Source of the DNA: Nemertoderma westbladi
Lineage: Eukaryota; Animalia; Xenacoelomorpha
Assembly (NCBI GenBank): GCA_032718475.1
Contig: JAUCBJ010005407.1
Coordinates: forward strand, 1-64,000
Reading direction: 5' to 3'
DNA length: 64,000 nt
Shown: piece by piece, positions 25,882 to 36,282 of the stretch
Numbering within the stretch: the stretch's first letter is position 1
Layout of the letters: the number at the start of each line of letters is the position of its first letter
Position numbers and translations under genes: made by a program
The notes under the pieces: generated by a model
Told to the model about the DNA's origin: nothing
The model's database searches: none
The model's input: only the letters and a program-made list of their open reading frames with translations

Positions 25882-26956
25882 TAACACATATACCGAGTTT
25901 CAGAAAATATTGTAGTTTATGTCCAAATTACCGATTTTCTATCAAAATGCATCTGTTTGCAGTGGTTGTCATGGAAACTGAAAAATATAATAATGTAATT
26001 CGGATGCAGAATAAGTCATATAGTGGGGGTAGGTCTTGGTCCCAAGTCATAATACTATTAACTTGTGCTTCAAATTATCATTTTATAAATAGTAACATCT
26101 GTTTAGTCTTGTTGCTATGGTAACTGTACTTTCTAATTAACCTCAAACGGCTTGGATGGATATGGAAATTATAGATGAGTTACAAAACCCCAAGTTTATA
26201 TATATTACAGTTTTGCTAGAAATAGAGTTATCAATATAGACTTGAATGATATAGAGTTTAATAAACTACAGTTACCATGGTAACTAAATTTCTGGAATGA
26301 TTTAAGTTTCACTAAAAGTTCCAACTAGTGGTGCAGATAACACATACCCAGTTTTGTAAAATTTTATCGCGAAGTCTATGTCCAAATGAATAATTTTTGT
26401 ATAAAAACATCTGTTTTCGGCTGTTGTCATGGTAACTGAAAAATAGAACAATGTAATTCGGATGCAGAATAAGTTATATAGTGGGGGTAGGGGTTGGTCT
26501 CAAGTCATAACACCTTGCCCTTAGGCCTCAAATTATCATTTTATAAATTTTAACATCTGTTTATCCCGGTTGCCAACGTAACTGGATTTTCTATTTAGCC
26601 TCAATCGGATCTGCTATGGACCTTATAGTTGTGTTGCAAAACCCCAAGTTTAAATCTATTATAGTTTTCCTACAAATAGAGTTATAAATATTGACTTGAA
26701 ATACATAGACTTTTTTTGAAGTCCGTTGCCATGGAAACCAGATTTTTCCTGGATATGAGACCCGGCCCAAAAGATGCGCCTCGCCGAGTAGTATATACAT
26801 GCAAAATTTCAGGGTACTTTTAAAGGCTAGTTTTTTCGCCTATCAAAAAACCCCAAATCTGCCTCACACAAGTAAAATAGCCCACTATGAATAGACCATC
26901 TCAGCTAAGGAAAATCTTTCTTAGCGAAAGTAGTTGATTTTCCTTAGCTTCGTGGA
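25882..26956 (-). mobile_element. Same family, copy F (lacks 3' end)
   Basis: Starts within the element interior (TAACACATATACCGAG) and runs to an intact 5' terminus at 26956. Confidence 0.75.
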
Positions 26957-26970
26957 ACTCATATAGTGAG

Positions 26971-28204
26971 GGCATTTCCTAAAGGAAATGCAACCACGAA
27001 GCTAAGGAAAATTAACACCTTTGCTTCAGTTCATTGATTAGTTATAAATTTTGACATCTGTTTAGTCTTATTGCCATGGTAACTGGATTTCGTATGAACC
27101 TCGCTGGCTTTTACTATTAAGATCTAGTTGTAGTTCACATACACCGAATTTCAAAAAGTATTGTAGTTTATGTCCAAATTACCGATTTTCTATCAAAATG
27201 CATCTGTTTGCAGTGGTTGTCATGGAAACTGAAAAATAGAACAATGTAATTCGGATGCAGAATAAGTCATATAGTGGGGGTAGGTGTTGGCCCTCAAGTC
27301 ATAATACTATTAACTTGTGCTTCAAATTATCATTTTATAAATTTTAACATCTGTTTAGTCTTGTTGCTATGGTAACTGGATTTTCTAATTAACCTCGAAC
27401 GTCTTGGATATGGACCTTATAGATGAGTTGCAAAACCCCAAGTTATATATATTACAGTTTTGCTACAAATAGTGTAATGAATATAGAATTGAATTATATA
27501 GACTTTAATAAACTACAGTTACCATGGTAAATAGATATTTCTGGAATGTTTTGAGTTTCACTAAAAGTTTAACTAGTGGACCAGATAACACATACCCAGT
27601 TTCGGATAATTTGATCGCGAAGTCTATGTCCAAAAGAGCTATATTTGTATCAAAACATCTGTTTTAAGCGGTTGTCATGGGAACAGGAAAATGGAACAGT
27701 GAAATTCGGATGCAGAATAAGTCATATAGTGGGGGTAAGGGTTGGTCCCAAGTCATAACACATTAACCTTAGGCTTCAAATTAACATTTTATAAATTTTA
27801 ACATCTGTTTAGCCCGGTTGCCAAGGTAACTGGATTTTCTATTGAACCTCAATCGGCTCTGTTATGGACCTTATAGTTGAGTTGAGAAACCCCAAGTTTA
27901 TATCTATTATAGTTTTCCTAAAAATAGAGTTATAAATATTGACTTGAAATACATAGACTTTTTTTGAAGTCCGTTGCCATGGAAACCAGATTTTTCCTGG
28001 ATATGAGACCCGGCCCAAAAGATGCGCCTCGCCGAGTAGTATATACATGCAAAATTTCAGGGTACTTTTAAAGGCTAGTTTTTTAACCTATCAAAAAAAA
28101 CCAAATCTGCCTCATACAAGTAAAATAGCCCACTATGAATAGACCATCTCAGCTAAGGAAAATCTTTCTTAGCGAAAGTAGTTGATTTTCCTTAGCTTCG
28201 TGGA
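26971..28204 (-). mobile_element. Same family, copy G (3'-terminal few bases missing)
   Basis: Hairpin GGCATTTCCTAAAGGAAATGC at 26971 without the terminal CTAGAAA. Intact 5' terminus at 28204. Confidence 0.77.
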
Positions 28205-29165
28205 TGTAACGAAATAATTGTTTTTGGGTTTGGAAGCCTCCCCAAATAGTTGATATACGATTATATTTAAAATTATTTCCATGGTCATGGTCATTCACCC
28301 GTCTTTAGTTAGAAATTTGTTTGCATGAAAGACAGTTTAGTTTAGTTTTTACTGATTTATTATCTCTTATCTGACTGGGGTAATAATAAAGGATAGGATA
28401 AATGGAAGCAAAGTGTGACAGTAACAAATATTTCCCCGTCACCCTAGCATGTCTTAAGTATATGATATATCAAAGGGGGAAGTTTGGATTCACTGCATAA
28501 ATGCAGTTCACCAAACTTCCCCCGAATGCACACTGTAACTTCCCCCTTCCCCCAAATATCCACTGTTGAATTAATTTGAAGCGATATAATAAGTACAAAA
28601 TTGTGCGAGTTTTTAATTGTGTGGTCCAATTGTTATTTGATTTCTATTTATTATTTAAAGTGCATTTAATATCACACTGGTTTTTAGAATATTATACTAT
28701 ACAACCTTATGTTTTATTAATTTACCCAATCGAAGCCTCATAAGGGCCGGTTATTTGTACGCATATCCCCTAATGCGCTCAGTAAGGTTCAAACAACATA
28801 TTATTAATATGAAAATAAAGTATCTGCAAAGAAAAGAATCCAATACTATATAATTTGACCTTATTAAAAAATTTGCACTATTGCACACTTATTTGTACAA
28901 ATGCACTTTAGCAGATCGTAATGGTGGCTCTTATTTAACAAACTTATGTTTATCCTCTACCGATCTACAATGGTGTATGATCAAGTGTCAGTCGCTAAAA
29001 GTGTCAAAAATCCAATTTAATAAATCTGGATTTGCGATTTTGGACCATATTCATGGACATTTTTAAGTCTCTTTATAGACATAAAAAGTTAAACAAATGT
29101 TACGATTATAGTTAGAAATCATTCCAAACTACATTTTAATCCAAAAAATAACATTCTACGATGAA

Positions 29166-30436
29166 TCCACGAAGCTAAGGAAAATCAACTACTTTCGCTA
29201 AGAAAGATTTTCCTTAGCTGAGATGGTCTATTCATAGTGGGCTATTTTACTTGTATGAGGCAGATTTGGGGTTTTTTGATAGGTGAAAAAACTAGCCTTT
29301 AAAAGTACCCTGAAATTTTGCTTGTATATACTTCTCGTCGAGGCGCATCTTTTGGGCTGGGTCTCATATCCAGGAAAAATCTGGTTTCCATGGAAACGGA
29401 CTTCAAAAAAAGTCTATGTATTTCAAGTCAATCTTTATAACTCTATTTGTAGGAAAACTATAATAGATATAAACTTGGGGTTTCGCAACACAACTATAAG
29501 GTCCATAGCAGATCCGATTGAGGCTAAATAGAAAATCCAGTTACCTTGGCAACCGGGATAAACAGATGTTAAAATTTATAAAATGTTAATTTGAGGCCTA
29601 CGGGCAAGGTGTTATGACTTGGGACCAATCCCTACCCCCACTATATAACTTATTCTGCATCCGAATTACATTGTTCTATTTTTCAGTTACCATGACAACC
29701 GCTGAAAACAGATGTTTTTATACAAAAATTATTCACTTGGACATAGACTTAGCGATAAAATTTTACAAAACTGGGTTTGTGTTATCTGGACCACTAGTTG
29801 GAACTTTTAGTAAAACTTTAATTATTCCAGAAATTTAGTCACCATGGTAACTGTAGTTTATTAAACTCTATATCATTCAAGTCTATATTGATAACTCTAT
29901 TTGAGGCAAAACTGTAATATATATAAACTTGGGGTTTTGCAACTCATCTATAAGATCCATATCCAAGCCGTTTGAGGTTAATTAGAAAATACAGTTACCA
30001 TAGCACCAGGTCTAAACAGATGTTAAAATTTATAAAATGATAATTTGAAATACAAGTTAATAGTATTATAACTTCAGACTAACCCCTACCCCCACTATAT
30101 GACTTATTCTGCATCCGAATTACATTGTTCTATTTTTCAGTTTCCGTGACAACCACTGCAAACAGATGCATTTTGATAGAAAATCGGTAATTTGGACATA
30201 AACTACAATATTTTCTGAAACTCGATATGTGTTATCTTTATCTGAACCACAATCTGGACTGAATCTTTTTTCAAAGGTAAAACCAACAGTTCCAGAGAAT
30301 TCTAGTTTCCATGGGAATATAAGTTATTTATTGGCAAATGCTACTAAACTAGGCTAAGCAACAAACCAAATTGTGGCCCTTTGTTTAATTGTCCTTAGCT
30401 TCGTGGTTGCATTTCCTTTAGGAAATGCCTTTCTAG
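29166..30436 (+). mobile_element. Same family, copy H (full length, A|TC...CTAG|T)
   Basis: GAA|TCCACGAAGCTAAGG at 29166 and GCATTTCCTTTAGGAAATGCCTTTCTAG|T at 30436. These are canonical Helitron boundaries. Confidence 0.83.
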
Positions 30437-30499
30437 TTAACTTATACTAAAGCACCCCAATTAATTGCTATTGTCCAGCTACCAGGTGAAATCCCGAAG

Positions 30500-32083
30500 T
30501 CCACGAAGCTAAGGAAAATCAACTACTTTCGCTAAGAAAGATTTTCCTTAGCTGAGATGGTCTATTCATAGTGGGCTATTTTACTTGTGTGAGGCAGATT
30601 TGGTTTTTTTTGGTCGGGGAAAAAACTAGCCTTTAAAAGTACCCTGAAATTTTGCATGTATATACTACTCGACGAGGCGCATCTTTTGGGCCGGGTCTCA
30701 TATCCAGGAAAAATCTGGTTTCCATGGCAACGGACTTCAAAAAAAGTCTATGTATTTCAAGTCAATATTTGTAACTCTATTTGTAGGAAAACTATAATAC
30801 ATATAAACTTGGGGTTTCTCAACACAACTATAAGGTCCATAGCAGAGCCGATTGAGGTTAAATAGAAAATCCAGTCACCTTGGCAACCGGGCTAAACAGA
30901 TGTTAAAATTTTTAAAATGTTAATTTGAAGCCTAAGGTTAAGGTGTTATGACTTGGGACCAACCGCTACCCCCACTATATAACTTATTCAGCGTCCAAAT
31001 TGAATTGTTCTATTTTGCAGTTACCATGACAACCGCTGAAAACGTTACCGAGGTAACTGGAGTTTATTACAGATTATCTCATTCAAGACTATATTCATAA
31101 CTCTATTTGTAGAAAAACCGCAACAGATATAAACTTGGGGTTTCTCAACTCAATTATAAGGGCCATAGTCGAGCAGATTGAGGTAAATTAAAAAATCCTG
31201 TTACCATGGCAACCAGGCTAAACAGATGTTCAAATTTATAAAATGATAATTTTAAGCAAAAGTTAAAGGTATTATGACATTGGACCAATCCCTACCCCCT
31301 CTATATAACTAATTCAGCATCCGAATTACGTTGTTCTATTTTTTAGTTTCCATGGCAACCGCTAAAAACAGATGTTTTGACACAAAAATTGTTCATTTTG
31401 AACATAGACTAAACGATAACATTCTCTGAAACTCGGTATGTGATATCTGGACTCCTATTTGGATCTTTTTTAAAAGCTCAAAACTTCTAGAAATATCTAG
31501 TTACCAAGGTAACTGGAATTTAATAAAATCTATTACATTAAAGTCTATATTATTAACTCTATTTGTACAACAACCATAATAGATCGAAACTTGAAGTTTT
31601 TCAACTCAATTATAAGGACAATAGTTGCGCTTATTGAGGTCAATTAGAAAATTCAGTTACCAGGCAACCAGGCTAAACAGATGTTCAAATTTATAAAATA
31701 ATTACTTAAGCCATAACATTAAGATATTAAGACTTGGGACCAACCCCTACCCCCACTATATCACTTATTCTGCATCCTAATTAACGTTTTTACATTTATC
31801 AGTTTCCAAGACAACCACTGCAAACTGATGTTTTAACAAATACATCCTTAATTTTGTACATCAACTACTCAATGAAACTTCCTTGAAGTCAATTTGTGTC
31901 ATGGAACTACAAACTGGATCTTAATGTAAAACCGAGCAGTTCTAGAAAACTCCAGTTGCCATGGTGATGGGAGTTGAATTAAGACATATGACTTTTAACT
32001 AGAGCCAATGAACTGATGAGTCAAAGTGTGTTTAATTTTCCTTGGCTTCGTGGTTGCATTTCCTTTAGGAAATGCCTTTCTCG
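30500..32083 (+). mobile_element. Same family, copy I (longer ~1.58 kb, second subfamily, extra internal repeat units)
   Basis: Both termini present. It has three copies of the internal CCCCTACCCCCACTATA block (~30965, ~31290, ~31745) rather than two, and an internal deletion near 31045. Confidence 0.78.
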
Positions 32084-32084
32084 T

Positions 32085-33347
32085 TAAGGAAAATCAACTA
32101 CTTTCGCTAAGAAAGATTTTCCTTAGCTGAGATGGTCTATTCATAGTGGGCTATTTTACTTGTGTGAGGCAGATTTGGGGTTTTTTGATAGGCGAAAAAA
32201 CTAGCCTTTAAAAGTACCCTGAAATTTTGCATGTATATACTACTCGACGAGGCGCATCTTTTGGGCCGGGTCTCATATCCAGGAAAAATCTGGTTTCCAT
32301 GGCAACGGACTTCAAAAAAAGTCTATGTATTTCAAGTCAATATTTATAACTCTATTTGTAGGAAAACTATAATAGATATAAACTTGGGGTTTCGCAACAC
32401 AACTATAAGGTCCATAGCAGATCCGATTGAGGCTAAATAGAAAATCCAGTTACCTTGGCAACCGGGATAAACAGATGTTAAAATTTATAAAATGTTAATT
32501 TGAAGCCTAAGGGCAAGGTGTTATGACTTGGGACCAACCCCTACCCCCACTATATAACTTATTCTGCATCCGAATTACATTGTTCTATTTTTCAGTTACC
32601 ATGACAACCGCTGAAAACAGATGTTTTTATTCAAAACTTATTCATTTGGACATAGACTTCACGATAAAATTTTACAAAACTGGGTATGTGTTATCTGGAC
32701 CACTAGTTGGAACTTTTAGTGAAACTCAAAACATTCCAGAAATATCTAGTTACCGTGGTAACTGGAGTTTATTACAGATCTATATCATTCAAGTCTATAT
32801 TCATAACTCTATTTGTAGAAAAACCGCAATAGATATAAACTTGGGGTTTCTCAACTCAACTATAAGGTTCATATCCAAGCCGTTCGAGGTTAATTAGAAA
32901 TTCCAGTCACCATAGCAACAAGACTAAACAGATATTAAAATTTATAAAATGATAATTTGAAGCACAAGTTAATAGTATTATGACTTGGGACCAACACCTA
33001 CCCCCACTATATGACTTATTCTGCATCCGAATTACATTGTTCTATTTTTCAGTTTCCATGACAACCACTACAAACAGATGCATTTTGATAGAAAATCGGT
33101 AATTTGGACATAAACTACAATATTTTCTGAAACTCAGTAATGTGTTATCTGAACCACAATCTGTACTGAATTTTTTTTCAAAGGTTAAAGCAACAGTTCC
33201 AGCGAACTCTAGTTTCCATGGGAATAGAAGTTAATTATTGACAATTGCTACTAAACGAGGCTAAGCAAGCAACGAACCAAAGTGTGGCCGTTTGTTTAAT
33301 TTTCCTTAGCTTCGTGGTTGCATTTCCTTTAGGAAATGCCTTTCTCG
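32085..33347 (+). mobile_element. Same family, copy J (near-identical inverted twin of copy A; first ~10 bp missing)
   Basis: Shares the private 4-bp duplication CTAAGCAAGCAACG with copy A. The spurious ORF translation is also identical (21315-21524 vs 32231-32440). Confidence 0.8.
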
Positions 33348-33375
33348 TTATCGTGTTCTAGGATATCTCTAATTG

Positions 33376-34642
33376 TCCACGAAGCTAAGGAAAATCAACT
33401 ACTTTCGCTAAGAAAGATTTTCCTTAGCTGAGATGGTCTATTCATAGTGGGCTATTTTACTTGTATGGAGCAGATTTGTTTTTTTTTGATAGGTGAAAAA
33501 ACTAGCCTTTAAAAGTACCCTGAAATTTTGCATGTATATACTACTCGACGAGGCGCATCTTTTGGGCCGGGTCTCATATCCAGGAAAAATCTGGTTTCCA
33601 TGGCAACGGACTTCAAATAAAGTCTATGTATTTCAAGTCAATATTTATAACTCTATTTGTAGGAAAACTATAATAGATATAAACTTGGGGTTTCGCAACA
33701 CAACTATAAGGTCCATAGCAGATCCGATTGAGGCTAAATAGAAAATCCAGTTACCTTGGCAACCGGGATAAACAAATATTAAAATTTATAAAATGTTAAT
33801 TTGAAGCCTAAGGTTAAGGTGTTATGACTTGGGACCAACCCCTACCCCCACTATATAACTTATTCTGCATCCGAATTACATTGTTCTATTTTTCAGTTAC
33901 CATGACAACCGCTGAAAACAGATGTTTTTATTCAAAACTTATTCATTTGGACATAGACTTCACGATAAAATTTTACAAAACTGGGTATGTGTTATCTGGA
34001 CCACTAGTTGGAACTTTTAGTGAAACTTAAATTATTCCAGAAATTTAGTTACCATGGTAACTGTAGTTTATTAAACTCTATATCATTCAAATCTATATTG
34101 ATAACTCTATTTGTAGCAAAACTGTAATATATATAAACTTGGGGTTTTGCAACTCATCTATAAGATCCATATCCAAGCCGTTTGAGGTTAATTAGAAAAT
34201 ACAGTTACCATAGCAACAAGTCTAAACAGATGTTAAAATTTATAAAATGATAATTTGAAGCACAATTTAATAGTATTATGACTTGGGATTAACCCCTACC
34301 CCCACTATATGACTTATTCTGCATCCGAATTACATTGTTCTATTTTTCAGTTTCCATGACAACCACTGCAAACAGATGCATTTTGATAGAAAATCGGTAA
34401 TTTGGACATAAACTACAATATTTTCTGAAACTCAGTATATGTGTTATCTGAACCACAATCTGTACTGAATTTTTTTTCAAAGGTTAAAGCAACAGTTCCA
34501 GAGAACTCTAGTTTCCATGGGAATAGAAGTTAATTATTGACAATTGCTACTAAACGAGGCTAAGCAACGAACCAAAGTGTGGCCGTTTGTTTAATTTTCC
34601 TTAGCTTCGTGGTTGCAATTCCTTTAGGAAATGCCTTTCTCG
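33376..34642 (+). mobile_element. Same family, copy K (full length)
   Basis: TCCACGAAG start at 33376 and hairpin plus TTTCTCG|T end at 34642. Confidence 0.8.
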
Positions 34643-34794
34643 TATATTTATTAAATATATAGAACAAATGGCCTGCTATTGGGGTCGCTTAAAGACCCTA
34701 AGCGACCCCAATATTCAGCGAACGATAATTCTTACAATCTTTGAACGCCCATCTCAACGAAATATAGCTAATTTACATATTTGTAATCCTCGCA

Positions 34795-35404
34795 ATAATA
34801 ATAATAATAATAATGATGCATTTGTATAGCGCCGAATTTACAACAATAGAAGTATGCTAAGGCGCTTACGTCACAAGCAATATAACATTAAAACTAGCAG
34901 TGCAAGTAGTACAGAAATTAAAAAATTATAGTCGTCACTAACGATAAAACGTGCAGTTCGAAATGACTAAAAGTTATTACAATCGTTAAAAAGTGGAACA
35001 TACAGTACAAATTGAAGTTAAAGAATAGAAGTTTACAGTTTATGGAGAGTTGATTGGATATCTAAAGTTGGAATAAAATAATTAGAGAGTTCATGATTTG
35101 GAGTTTAATTATATGCAATTTCAAAAAGATGTGTTTTGAGTCGCTGTTTAAAAATTGTGGTGTCGGAAATCGAGCGGATATCTTTTGGGAGTTTGTTCCA
35201 GAGTCGTGGGATGGCTACTGGGAATGCCCGGCGCCCTAGGGTTTGACAGTTGAATCGCGGCTCAACGAAAGTGAGTGAAGAGCAATTCCTTGTAGTGTTG
35301 TTATTGCGATTGACCCGGTCAAGCATGTCAGATATGTAATGTGGTGCGTGACCTAAGGTGGACTTGTGGACAAGGAGAAGCAATTTAAACTTTGCGCAAC
35401 GCAA
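34795..35404 (-). mobile_element. 3' end of an L2/CR1-group LINE: ORF2 C-terminus, 3'UTR and (TTA)n tail
   Basis: KFKLLLLVHK...APHYISDML...GRRAF...PRLWNKLP..IR...FKQRLKTHLF is the typical L2 ORF2 end. The (AAT)n run at 34795-34814 lies next to an AGCGCC...GGCGCT stem, typical of L2 3' ends. Confidence 0.88.
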
Positions 35405-35868
35405 GGTGATACATAAACACTGATACTAATGTGTAGAATGGCCGTGCCATTTTACGGGTTATGGAGAATTGAATCATCATAATAAGGTTAACCATTTTTC
35501 TACAATTTTTGGCAAAAAATGAGGAAAAATTATGTAAAAATATTATTTCTCACTTGTTTACTAAACAGGATTTCCCTACATGTTTACTATTACCATAGTT
35601 ACCTTACCTAACAACGTTAACAAGAGGGTGATCCAAAATCACGTGATTCCAATGCTTGCTTTCAGATCCTAAACAGCGAATAGAAGCATCTGGGGAAATA
35701 TAAGGGGAAATATAATATGAGACGAGTCAAATAAATGTGATACATCGAATACACTAACTAGTCCTTTAATATTTAACCAAATTTTTTGAAACCAACTTTG
35801 TTTGACGCAGCACCTTTGAATCTAAAAATACTCCAGCCAATTTTTTAAAATATCAATTTTTAATTACA

Positions 35869-36080
35869 TTAATTAATTTTAACTAATTAAATTAATTAAT
35901 TTTAACTAATTAAATTAATTAATTTTAACTAATTAAATTAATTAATTTTAACTAATTAAATTAATTAATTTTAACTAATTAAATTAATTAATTTTAACTA
36001 ATTAAATTAATTAATTTTAACTAATTAAATTAATTAATTTTAACTAATTAAATTAATTAATTTTAACTAATTAAATTAAT
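35869..36080. repeat. 23-bp AT-rich minisatellite, ~9 perfect copies (TTAATTAATTTTAACTAATTAAA)
   Basis: Read directly. The single C recurs every 23 bp. Confidence 0.93.
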
Positions 36081-36282
36081 CGCTTTATTCTTTACTACCT
36101 AATAAAGGCCCGGGCCTATCCCGATTGATTTGATTCCCTGCACAAAATTCGTAATATTTGAACAAATTTTTTTTCAAAAATGTGCTGGAGAGTTTTTCAA
36201 GATCTTCAAAAAACCTCTCAGACGAGCCATAAATCAACGAAATTGAGTGAAAATGGTGGAGGAGTGCGGTGGAGATGGAGAT

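Noticed and set aside
20924-34030. Recurrent ORFs MYILLDEAHLLGRVSYPGK... and MTWDQPLPPLYNLF... as a multigene family
   Set aside because: They lie inside the non-coding element copies and are broken by indels and stops in other copies. They show no Rep/helicase motifs; ILLDEAH only superficially resembles a Walker B motif.
20408-34642. Interpretation as LTRs or ordinary MITEs
   Set aside because: There are no TG...CA ends, PBS/PPT or TSDs. The inverted repeats are asymmetric (one is 30 nt internal) and followed by a hairpin-CTAG end.
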